Part shown: positions 14,100 to 26,599 of the stretch, in pieces
How positions within the stretch are numbered: the stretch's first letter is position 1
Layout: each line of letters opens with the position of its first letter
NCBI GenBank assembly: GCA_964016885.1
Contig: OZ024743.1
Location: 314,526,001 to 314,590,000 of the forward strand
From: Eledone cirrhosa
Taxonomy: Eukaryota
Direction: 5' to 3'
Length of the DNA: 64,000 bases
Program-made: the position numbers and the translations under genes
Notes under the pieces: generated by a model
Database searches by the model: none
What the model was told of the DNA's origin: nothing
Seen by the model: only the letters and a program-made list of their open reading frames with translations

Positions 14100-14981
14100 A
14101 TGTATGTGTGTTTTTATATCTGTGTTTTTACATCTATTATTTTACATTCTTATTTTTATGTGTGCGCATGTAAGCGGGTGAACGTGCGTGAGTGTATGTG
14201 TGTGTATGTGTGTGTCTACGTACTGAATGTATGGATGTGTAAGTGTGCGTATGTATATATGTATGTATATATTTATGTGTGTGTATGTGTGTGTGAGTAT
14301 ACAGTCGCGTACGTACGCGTGATTAGATATACATGGCGCGAGGTGTATGTATATATACATATGTGCATCCTGTGTGTGTATTTAAACTTGCATACGCTTT
14401 TGTCTGCACGTTTTGCGTCTATATATATATATTTTTTATAGATATACGTTTCTGATAGATATATGTGTGTATGTACGCGTGTACCTTGTTTGTTTTCTTT
14501 TCTTTACTTCGCAATATTTTCTTTCTAAATTATTGTTCCATTTTTATAAATATATCGAGAATGATACTTTCTTTTTAATACTACACTCCCTTACCTATTT
14601 TTCTTCCGCATATAAGTGTACGCGCGTGTGTGTATGTTTATACGCGTGCCTTCATATTCTTATAATGTGTCTAATACCCTGTTTTTCTGTATACCTGTCA
14701 ACCGGACACTCTTATCATGTATGTGTCTGTAGTTACATATACACAGATATACTTACCCTCATATATATATTTACGCACACATTTTCACTATACACACACA
14801 TTTGTACATACATACATATGTACATCTGTGAGTGTATATACATACATATACACACACCTAACTATATTTCTTAAACATTTTTTATATATTTTATATGTCT
14901 ATTGTATTACCTTCATCTATATTTACATAATTTTTTTTGCATTTCTTGAGGAGACTTTCCAAATATTTAGCTATGTTTTAT

Positions 14982-15059
14982 ATTGCCTCGTCCGACGAAC
15001 GAATGAAGACGTTTCTTTCGTATTCGCCTTATTCGGGAAACCTCTGGTAATGAGGTAAT
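14982..15059 (+). ncRNA. Hammerhead ribozyme, variant core CCGACGA
   Basis: 10-bp stem I attgcctcgt/atgaggtaat; CCGACGA; stem II cgaat...attcg; GAAACC-tct-GGTA; cut after GUA. Confidence 0.8.
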
Positions 15060-15084
15060 TATATTGTATTGTTGTTTTTTATAC

Positions 15085-15148
<64 letters not shown>

Positions 15149-15427
15149 TAAATTCCGCGAGAATCGAATTTCGGCTGGTAGGAAAAGCGAAACGAAACGC
15201 AAAATTGTTGACATGCTGGCAAGCGCTCCAATAGTTAAGAAAACTAGAGCTAAACAATATGTTAAAACGCCATACAAACTGAAAAGTGGTCAAGAAGGCA
15301 TTAACCACCTAAGCCAAAAAACAAATCAAGCTAAACAGGTCAAACAAAATAATGATAAAAACCGACCTGGACCCAAATGGAATAGATAGTAAAATCCAAA
15401 TGCAGGGTTTCTATGACACCTATACCA

Positions 15428-15618
15428 ATAATTGTTTTTATCTTAGGCACAAGGCCAGCAATCAACCAGTACATTACTGGTACTTTATTTTATCGACCCC
15501 GTAAGGATGAAAGCCTAGTTAACCTCGGCGGGATTTGAACTCAGATCATAAAGAGACGTAACTCTATGCTTCAAAGTATGGTGTCCGACTCTCTACCGAT
15601 ACTGCCAATCCACCGCTC
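15428..15618 (-). mobile_element. tRNA-derived SINE
   Basis: Minus strand has A box tggcagtatcgg, B box gagttcaaatcc, body 'ctttcatccttacggggtcgataaaataaaagtaccag' and tail cttgtgcctaagataaaaac. Confidence 0.85.
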
Positions 15619-15656
15619 TAAATCCACCACACCTCAATCAATAATATTGTCTGCTA

Positions 15657-16193
<537 letters not shown>

Positions 16194-16720
16194 GATGAAC
16201 AAAATTTTAGCTGTGACCTATCCTCTCTATCACCATATCTATTTTGTTGCTATTAACTCTTCCCCCTCTTTCTTCCTCTCCCTTTCTCCCTCTCACTTTC
16301 ACTCTCCCTCTCTCTGCTAGCCATCTCACTGTTTCTCTCGCCTGCTCCTCTAGCTGTATTTTCTCACTTACTCTTGCAGAAGTCAAAGGTTTTTTTCTCG
16401 ACTACACCAATTTCGAAATTATGATCAGTAATTGATGTTGACATTGATACTTCTCTCTCGCTTCTAGTAGCTCACACACATGTGCTTCGCGAATCCCTCT
16501 TCGGTTTGTTGGTACCCGTTTTTTTTTCGCTGTTTTCTCCTTTTTCGTTACTCTCCCCTTTTGATACAATTTTTTTCTCTCTCTTTCCCTTTTTCCCCCA
16601 ATAACTTCCTTTATATATTGACGCCCTGGGGTGAGACATATTGTCTTTAATGCGTTGAAATGTCCAAGACGCCCAGCAGACATCTGATGAAGGAAAATTT
16701 TCTCCCGTTCTTGCTTTCCT

Positions 16721-16780
<60 letters not shown>

Positions 16781-17067
16781 TATATATATATATAAGAGTG
16801 ACTACCTACGACCGCGCATTCCTCCTGATTATCATTCGCCCGTTTTCATCTTTTCTAACACTCGTCTAAGATTTTATTTCTTCTTCCCACAGTCGATATC
16901 TCTCTCTTCTCTCTTTCTCGACTATTCCATCGAATCAAGAATTAATTTCAACAAGCTTAAGACATTTTTCTTATTATATTAAGTGTCAATCTAATACTTG
17001 TCATCAATGTATTGTTTTGTACTGTGTTATTTCGCTTTGTTGAACTTTCCAAGACTAAACACACACT

Positions 17068-17152
<85 letters not shown>

Positions 17153-17164
17153 GTGTGTGTGTGT

Positions 17165-17225
<61 letters not shown>

Positions 17226-17439
17226 GTATATATATAAGCAGAAGGGATGTTCAATTTGTTGGTAATTCAACAAATATAAATGTTTATAACTAATTCAGGG
17301 CACTCGAGTAAATTTACAATGATATTAAATAAATGGAAACTATATTTATAAAACCATATTTATTCTATTATATATATTTCAAGGGTACCAACATTTTGGT
17401 ACCCTTGAAATATATATGTATATATATATATATTTTTTT

Positions 17440-17640
17440 TTATAAGATTTATTTTCCACTTCATGTTTTATTCTTATTTATTTTTTCTCGCTAACTCGCC
17501 GCTCACTCCTTCTCGGAATTCCTCCCACCACTCTCCCGATGAAGGGTTTATGCCCGAAAGGTCGCAGCCACATGCCCCACTCTCACTAAGCGTGAATCAA
17601 ATAAGATTTGTATCATTTACTCCTGCGTTTGATTATTTTA
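17440..17640 (+). mobile_element. Solo pLTR fragment of the Neptune-like PLE family, with degenerate HHR
   Basis: ccgatgaagggtttatgcccgaaaggtcg...ccccactctc...agcgtgaa matches 33709-33770. Confidence 0.7.
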
Positions 17641-17647
17641 TATATAT

Positions 17648-17990
17648 GGGGAGGCATATGGCTTAGTGGTTAGAGCATTGTTCTTACAATCGAAAGGTTG
17701 TGAGTTCAATTCTCAGACCGGTTGATGTGTCCCTGAGCAAGACACTTTATTTCACATTGCTCCAGTTTACTCAGCTGTAGAAATGAGATGATAAGGACTG
17801 GGGTCCATATCATTCCACTGCAAAGTGGTCGTGGAGGTGCCACGGCAAAAAAGCACCCAGCACTCCCTGTAAATGAGGTTGGTGTTAGGAAGGCATCCAG
17901 CTGTAGAAATCAAGCCTGAATCAGTTCCCGTCACACCTTTGCAGCAGGGAAAAAGCGGACGTAAAATGAAATGATGATGATGATGATGAT
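17648..17990 (+). mobile_element. tRNA-derived CORE-type SINE with (TGA)n tail
   Basis: A box tggcttagtggt, B box gagttcaattc, CORE-like gtgtccctgagcaagacacttt, tail ttaggaaggcatccagctgtagaaa...(tga)n. Confidence 0.8.
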
Positions 17991-18369
17991 ACACGAATAG
18001 ATAAATCAATTGTTTATGATTATTGGCTTATTATATTCGCCTACTATTTCTGTTATATTTCGATTCTGAATTTCTCTGTGAGCCAGTGTTTTGTAAATTG
18101 GATCTGTTAGCAGTAAGCAATGCCTATTGTAGAAATGCGGTACCCTCGCTTTGGACTAGAACACATATTTTTACTCTTCCTCCCTGTTAATTTCTATCTG
18201 ATGAAGTGCAATAATAATGATTACATAGTACATACGATTGAGCATTGGACTATGCATTCAGCTCATGTAGACGGTTATATAATGTAATATGGAACAATTA
18301 ATACAAATTTTCTTTCTTACCACTTCTTCCTGGCTAGTCCTTCCTGTTTTTCCTGGTACCATACACACA

Positions 18370-18461
<92 letters not shown>

Positions 18462-19939
18462 TATTTATATATATGTGTACATCATGAGAGTATCTTGGTC
18501 AGCGAATGAACTTTTGAAGCGACCCTCATACTGCAACTGCGAAAATGTCATGATCAGTGTATTGGTTCGTTTCAGTCGATCTCTTGTGTTCTTGAATAAG
18601 ACACTTTATTTCTCTTTGGCCCAGACCAACAAAGTGTAAAGCATAGTTATCACAATGTGTTATGCTGAATTTCCTTGTGAAATACGATAAGAGTGCATGT
18701 CTGTGGAATGGTCTGTCAATTATCCGTTAACTCCATGAGCAAGTTGTTCAATTGATCGAATCGACAGGAATACTTCACCACTTCATATCGTAATTAACAA
18801 AATCTAGACGGACGATGTTGATGTAGAGTCTACTGCTTTTATAAAAAAAAATCCATGTTTCGCTTATTTTCTTGAGTTTCAAAAAATGTATTCTTCAAAA
18901 ATACGTATGCGGACATGAATAGAAATATGTACCTGGGACAATATGATCGGTTGAAATGAAGGTGGTGCAGCAGTATTGCCCGAATCAAATGACTGAAGCC
19001 AGTGAAAGAGTAAAAGATAAAACCAGTAAATAGATATATGTTCGATTATTTTTCTTCAGTGCTTCAGTTGCAAGAGGCAGGAATATCAAATTTATTGTCG
19101 AAAATAAACTAGATCCTATTTTTTCCTCACTATTGGATATTACCATTTTAAACATTTCCTATTACACATATTTCCCTGGTGCCATATCTGTTAGTTCTTA
19201 TTCGATGGGCGTATGTTTGAGGAAACTCAGTGTGATTATCATGTCATGCACAGTAACCACGCAAACAGACATACGCTCCTCACTTGCACAATCATATATA
19301 TAGGCACACACACACATACACACACACAATCACACTCACACGCACACACACACACACACACACATGTATATATATATATATATATATGCACTCACATATT
19401 CAACCACAAGCAGATAAACCCAATTTATTTCAATTTATCGTTTTCGGTATGCCTGACCGATTTAACTCACTCAATATGCAAATTAGGCTGCTCAGCCGTT
19501 AATTTTCATAAGGAAAGTATATACTTTCGAACGTTCAACTATCTGGCAGATGGGTAAACGGTGCTGATGATAGCTAACAAGCTTGAAACTAGTACATCGT
19601 TCCTGTGTCAGTGTTGAACAAAAAGGTGACGTGGTTGCCTTAACACCGTATGGCATAAATTCAGGCTGTTCAGTTTGTTTACAAACGAACAAAGCGACGT
19701 TATAATAAGCGCCGCTAAACTGATACGTGCATATATGTATGTGTACCTGTATGCATATGTATATATATATGTATATATATATATATATATGTGCATGCTA
19801 CTGCACGTCTGTATACATATATGTATGTACGTATACATGCATACTTACATTTAAGTAAGTGCCATACTAAGAGTGAGAAATGAAATTTCGTTTTCATTTT
19901 GTTTCAATTTATATATATATTTATATACATATATATATT

Positions 19940-20020
<81 letters not shown>

Positions 20021-20221
20021 CTGCATATTGGTTTGTCCCGTTCATTTTAACTTGCTTTGAAATTCTCTGTGCTCTTTCATCTCTGTCGCTTTAATTGATT
20101 CTCGACATTCTCTCCAATTCTCTATTACAATTCCAACATATTTTTCTTTTACACCCTCTCTTATTTTCTTAATCAGTTAATCGTTTAATTTACCAATAAC
20201 ATTCATTAGTTCTATCATTGT

Positions 20222-20270
<49 letters not shown>

Positions 20271-20400
20271 GACTGAGAAAGAGAATCACACCCTCTCTCC
20301 CTTTCTCGCACGCACTCTTGACACACACACTTACACTCAAAATGTCTTTCTCTTCTCGTCCCTCCCACTTGCGGTATACACACACACATACACACACCCA

Positions 20401-20450
<50 letters not shown>

Positions 20451-20455
20451 ATATA

Positions 20456-20508
<53 letters not shown>

Positions 20509-20560
20509 ATATATGAATATATATTTATACATATATATATATATACATATATATATATAC

Positions 20561-20594
<34 letters not shown>

Positions 20595-20658
20595 CCATAT
20601 ATGAATATATATTTATACATATATATATATATACATATATATATACATATATATATAC

Positions 20659-20728
<70 letters not shown>

Positions 20729-20730
<2 letters not shown>

Positions 20731-20916
20731 CGAAGGAAATGTGGTAAGGAACCAGGTGGACCATAACGCACCAAAGTACTCAATACTTAGGGTAGTAGAG
20801 TGGGTAATAGGAACAAGTAAGACCCCGACGGCTGAGCTCAAGCCGTTTCGATGGCTAATTCTGACAGAATTAGCCGTCGAAACGGCTTGAGCTCAGCCGT
20901 CGGGGTCTTACTTGTT

Positions 20917-20921
<5 letters not shown>
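20729..20921. mobile_element. Fold-back pLTR fragment carrying the 3' half of an HHR in both arms
   Basis: Palindrome 20807-20921; GAAACGGC-ttgagctca-GCCGTC stem III; second copy at 30557-30736. Confidence 0.8.
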
Positions 20922-20969
<48 letters not shown>

Positions 20970-20973
<4 letters not shown>

Positions 20974-21320
20974 GCTGGCAACTCGTTATCTAGTACGGCC
21001 ACTACTTTATATCCATATAGGGGAACCCCTATCGGTGCGCTGAACAAGCGGCACTTTTTTCTCCAGCCTGCGACTTGAAAACTCTGGTACAAACACTACA
21101 CTTGTGACAATTACTGACACATAGTGCTGGGCCCATGGTACCATGAGATGACAAGTGCACAGAGATCTCCAGATATAAAGCAATGCCTGTGCCGTGAAGC
21201 TTTTATAGTGAGCAAAGGCACTGCACAAAGCCAGTCCCACTCTCTTAACCAAGATGATATTTACCAAAAAGAACAAGACAACATCATTGGATACCATCAG
21301 GGTTGCAGGTGTTATATCAG
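20970..21320 (+). repeat. Dispersed ~350-bp repeat (second copy inverted at ~45985-46340)
   Basis: Near-identical sequence in the two places, each abutting (TA)n. Confidence 0.85.
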
Positions 21321-21533
21321 AATTTTCCTTCTCCTAGAATTCTGCCTTGACAAAGGCTAAGGGGTCATCTCTCCCGGTGATTTTGGATGGCCATTGACGC
21401 TTCAGACGAACCTTTGCCCTTTAACAGGTTTTGTTTTTATTCCTGCAGGATGTCCAAAATCACCCTCCTCACCAAGAAACCTTGGTGCGTTTGCCAGTTT
21501 AGTCGCGAACGACCCGACCATGGGACAGGTGTA

Positions 21534-21579
<46 letters not shown>

Positions 21580-21588
<9 letters not shown>

Positions 21589-23899
21589 TATAGACATAGA
21601 ATATTCGAAAATATTCTGTATGTTTATAATAAACATTTTGAAGACCTAATCGCTATAGAATAGAATACGTCACGTATTACAATTAGATTCTCGATAAAAG
21701 CAAGGGAAGTAATCTACGCGTTTCATTCTCGTTAGAAATCATCAGGACTACATATCCAGTGCTTTTATCGAGAATGACACAGCTAGAGACTTATAGAATA
21801 CTCTCTAGCTGTGTCATTCTCGATAAAAGCACTGGATATGTAGTCCTGATGATTTCTAACGAGAATGAAACGCGTAGATTACTTCCCTTGCTTTTATCGA
21901 GAATCTAATTGTAATACGTGACGTATTCTATTCTATAGCGATTAGGTCTTCAAAATGTTTATTATAAACATACAGAATATTTTCGAATATTCTATGTCTA
22001 TATTCACATATATATCGCTATTTCAGAGCATTTATTCCAATTTCTAATTTCTGCCGGACCGGCAACCGCTCTTTCAAACCAGTTCCTGTACACAGCTAAG
22101 TATTCTATAAGTCTCTAGCTGTGTCATTCTCGATAAAAGCACTGGATATGTAGTCCTGATGATTTCTAACGAGAATGAAACGCGTAGATTACTTCCCTTG
22201 CTTTTATCGAGAATCTAATTGTAATACGTGACGTATTCTATTCTATAGCGATTAGGTCTTCAAAATGTTTATTATAAACATACAGAATATTTTCGAATAT
22301 TCTATGTCTATATTCACATATATATCGCTATTTCAGAGCATTTATTCCAATTTCTAATTTCTGCCGGACCGGCAACCGCTCTTTCAAACCAGTTCCTGTA
22401 CACAGCTAAGTATTCTATAAGTCTCTAGCTGTGTCATTCTCGATAAAAGCACTGGATATGTAGTCCTGATGATTTCTAACGAGAATGAAACGCGTAGATT
22501 ACTTCCCTTGCTTTTATCGAGAATCTAATTGTAATACGTGACGTATTCTATTCTATAGCGATTAGGTCTTCAAAATGTTTATTATAAACATACAGAATAT
22601 TTTCGAATATTCTATGTCTATATTCACATATATATCGCTATTTCAGAGCATTTATTCCAATTTCTAATTTCTGCCGGACCGGCAACCGCTCTTTCAAACC
22701 AGTTCCTGTACACAGCTAAGTATTCTATAAGTCTCTAGCTGTGTCATTCTCGATAAAAGCACTGGATATGTAGTCCTGATGATTTCTAACGAGAATGAAA
22801 CGCGTAGATTACTTCCCTTGCTTTTATCGAGAATCTAATTGTAATACGTGACGTATTCTATTCTATAGCGATTAGGTCTTCAAAATGTTTATTATAAACA
22901 TACAGAATATTTTCGAATATTCTATGTCTATATTCACATATATATCGCTATTTCAGAGCATTTATTCCAATTTCTAATTTCTGCCGGACCGGCAACCGCT
23001 CTTTCAAACCAGTTCCTGTACACAGCTAAGTATTCTATAAGTCTCTAGCTGTGTCATTCTCGATATAAGCACTGGATATGTAGTCCTGATGATTTCTAAC
23101 GAGAATGAAACGCGTAGATTACTTCCCTTGCTTTTATCGAGAATCTAATTGTAATACGTGACGTATTCTATTCTATAGCGATTAGGTCTTCAAAATGTTT
23201 ATTATAAACATACAGAATATTTTCGAATATTCTATGTCTATATTCACATATATATCGCTATTTCAGAGCATTTATTCCAATTTCTAATTTCTGCCGGACC
23301 GGCAACCGCTCTTTCAAACCAGTTCCTGTACACAGCTAAGTATTCTATAAGTCTCTAGCTGTGTCATTCTCGATAAAAGCACTGGATATGTAGTCCTGAT
23401 GATTTCTAACGAGAATGAAACGCGTAGATTACTTCCCTTGCTTTTATCGAGAATCTAATTGTAATACGTGACGTATTCTATTCTATAGCGATTAGGTCTT
23501 CAAAATGTTTATTATAAACATACAGAATATTTTCGAATATTCTATGTCTATATTCACATATATATCGCTATTTCAGAGCATTTATTCCAATTTCTAATTT
23601 CTGCCGGACCGGCAACCGCTCTTTCAAACCAGTTCCTGTACACAGCTAAGTATTCTATAAGTCTCTAGCTGTGTCATTCTCGATAAAAGCACTGGATATG
23701 TAGTCCTGATGATTTCTAACGAGAATGAAACGCGTAGATTACTTCCCTTGCTTTTATCGAGAATCTAATTGTAATACGTGACGTATTCTATTCTATAGCG
23801 ATTAGGTCTTCAAAATGTTTATTATAAACATACAGAATATTTTCGAATATTCTATGTCTATATTCACATATATATCGCTATTTCAGAGCATTTATTCCA

Positions 23900-23906
<7 letters not shown>
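21580..23906 (+). mobile_element. Retrozyme-like element: inverted partial unit + ~6.8 tandem 310-bp HHR units
   Basis: Units start at 21801, 22111, 22421, 22731, 23041, 23351 and 23661; inverted partial copy at ~21580-21802; (TA)n on both flanks. Confidence 0.9.
21840..21882 (+). ncRNA. Minimal type I hammerhead ribozyme, repeated every 310 bp (cores at 21846, 22156, 22466, 22776, 23086, 23396, 23706; inverted copy ~21709-21751)
   Basis: gtagtc-CTGATGA-t-ttct-aacg-agaa-t-GAAACGCGTA-gattac; canonical core, palindromic stem III ACGCGT, cut after GUA. Confidence 0.92.
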
Positions 23907-23943
<37 letters not shown>

Positions 23944-23954
23944 ATATGTATATA

Positions 23955-26298
23955 TCTTACATATAAAGTGAAGATGGGCATTGTTTGGTGTTCCGAACTT
24001 GCATGCTACACTGTTCATCCAATTTTCATGAAACCTCACACATATATAAAACTCAACGCGTAGAGTGGAATAGGCTACTTGAAAATTTCGACACATCGAT
24101 AATCGGGACCCCAGAAGCCAATATCGATATTTTCAAAAATCGATGAAACTCGAAGCAAGTGTGTATTTTAATCCGGGGATAAACGTGCGCTACATTTAAT
24201 TTTCGAAAAATCGATAATTGGATCACCAGAGGCAAAAATCGATATTTACGAAATTTGTCCGATTCCAATGACATTTGACGTAGGTATGTATTTTGATGCG
24301 GGGATTAACGTGGGATACTTGAAATTGTAAAAAGAAAATCGATAATCGGACCCCCAGAGGCAAAAATCCGGCAACCGAAAAACGCCATTCTTCTTGCTTA
24401 CATTTGTCGTGTCTCCCGCCATGCAAAAAATGTTCAATCTATCAGGATTATCTACCGTAAGTCTATTTAAATTAACGCTCACCATATTCAGCAAACCTTT
24501 TATGCCGATTCTTCCATTTCTCATATAAGGACTATCAACACTATACCGCCGCGCATCATCCTGTATTGCACCCAGTCTTCTCAAGCGATCATCGAGCCTC
24601 CATGCGCTCCCTTCATTCCCATGGTCCCACTACCGTAGCATAATGAGACATCCGTCAAACTCTGCCCTCTCCCTTCCCTGCACGCCGTCGACCTACTGCA
24701 TCGTTTTGCATCACCATGCGCATCTCCGCATTGTCAGCTGCAATTCATTCCCAGGCCCTTTCCATTGCCTGCCCTCCGTGGTCCCTAAGGACTGCCACTG
24801 CTTAACATGCCGAATCCCTGCCCATTTACATTGCCTACACTCCGGGAGAGCTCAAGACTTCCAGGTCTGACAAAGCCGCATCCCTGCCACCGTCAACCCC
24901 TGCCCTCTCCCTTCCCTGCACGCCGTCGTCCCACTGCTTCGTCATGCCTCACCATGCTGCATTACTGCCCTGTCGACCACCATCCCCTCCTTAGCCATTT
25001 TTTTGGCCTGCCCGCCGTGCTCCTTCAATACTGCCTTCAAGTCCTTCCTTCTCCCTTCCCTGCACGCTGTCGTCCCACTGCATCGTCATGCCTCACCATG
25101 CCGCATCCATGCTCTGTCAGCCACCATGCCCTCCCCTTCCCCCTCCCTTACCCGCACGACTTGGTCCTTCACGAGTGCCATGGTTCACCATGCGGAATCC
25201 CTGCAACCGTCAATCCCGGCCATCTCCCTTCCCTGCACGCCGTCGTCCCACTGCATCGTCATGCATCACCATGCCGCATCAATGCTCTGTCAGCCGCCAT
25301 CCCCTCCTTGGCCCTTTCTTTTCCTGCCCGCAGTGCTACTTCAAGACTGCCAAGGCTCACCATGCGGCATCCTTGCCACCGTCCACCCCTGCCCTCTTCC
25401 TTGTCTGCTGGCCGTCGCCCCACTACATCTTCATGCCTCAGGATGCCGCCTCCATGCACTGTCAGCCACCATCCCCTCCTCGGCCCTTTCTTTTGCCTGA
25501 CCGCCGTGCTCCTTCAAGACTCCCATGGCTATCTATGCCGCATCAATTCCTTGCCACCCGCTTAAACGTCATCAGTATGGCTTATTGTTGCCTCATTTGA
25601 TCACCGATTTTCGCAGGCTAAACAAAATACCAACGTGCACGATAGTCCATGGTAAATCTTTTTAATTACATGTTCTTGAGGCTGTTGCAAAGGGCAATAA
25701 CCCTAGACGCAATGTTGATCAACTTTTTTTCACATATAGCAAATTTACCGGGACAGGTCTTTAGCTACTCAAATCTACTTCAGAGGTCACGCATTCATGT
25801 AAAAAATCAATAAAACTGAAGCGGGGGTTCGACTTTGTGCAAAAAATAAGGCAAAGTTGCAGATGGGATAATTTTTTACAGGAACGTCCGATTTTCGTGA
25901 AAACTGTCGCAAATGATTCGTCCATTATGCCGCGATTCACATAAAGTCCCTTTTATTTCTTCTTCTGTACATGTGAGCGCCAAAATTGTAAAAAAAAAAA
26001 AAATTTGAAAAAATCGACTTTTTCACCCTGCTTTAAAAATCAACTGAAAATTCAATTTCAAGTGAATTTGACTTCTGTCAGTCTTGCAAAGAACAATTTC
26101 AACAATACACTGTGAACCTACAATTGATCCATTATTTATGCTCAATTACACACCTGCGTATACTAACCTCTGTTTTTTTCATTGAGGTTGAGGTTCGAAG
26201 GTTTTTGCACCTGTGATGCGCGGGAAGTAACTTTCAAACATTTTAACAAAAGACCAAAGGTCGACTTACACCCGGGCGACGCCGGGTACTTCTGCTAG
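23955..26298 (+). mobile_element. Non-autonomous Helitron
   Basis: A|TCTTACATATAAAG 5' end; 3' hairpin cccgg-gcgacg-ccggg followed by CTAG|T; no TSD; internal tandem repeats. Confidence 0.8.
24640..25560. repeat. GC-rich degenerate tandem repeat inside the Helitron
   Basis: Motif cccttccctgcacgccgtcgtcccactgcatcgtcatgcctcaccatgccgcatc recurs about five times. Confidence 0.85.
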
Positions 26299-26300
26299 TA

Positions 26301-26334
<34 letters not shown>

Positions 26335-26599
26335 CATACATATATATATATATATACATACATATATATATATATATATACATACAGATATATATATATA
26401 TATACATACATATATATATATGTATATATATACATATATATATTTCGTTTCTGAATTTGTTTAGCAAGATTCTTTATCTGAAATCGAGTGTTGAAACCGA
26501 TATTGTTATACTTTGGGAGGGTCATGTTGCCAATAAGAAACACACGCACCAGTTGCTTTCACTTCAATTTATTATATATTTATAAATTTATAAATTTAC

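Larger units (their letters stand above)
11325..15087 (+). mobile_element. Near full-length PLE (Hydra-like), RT + C-terminal GIY-YIG, long 3' region ending in an HHR
   Basis: ORF remnants at 11464-13608, HHR at 14982-15059, both ends in (TA)n. Confidence 0.88.

Noticed and set aside
16676-16712. CTGATGAAGG hammerhead-like start
   Set aside because: No downstream GAAA or stem III; at most a truncated motif.
21801-23906. CRISPR-like array or plain satellite
   Set aside because: No variable spacers; the HHR and inverted leader fit a retrozyme better.
24807-25600. 252/165/170-aa ORFs
   Set aside because: Stop-poor GC-rich tandem repeat within a Helitron; no recognisable protein.
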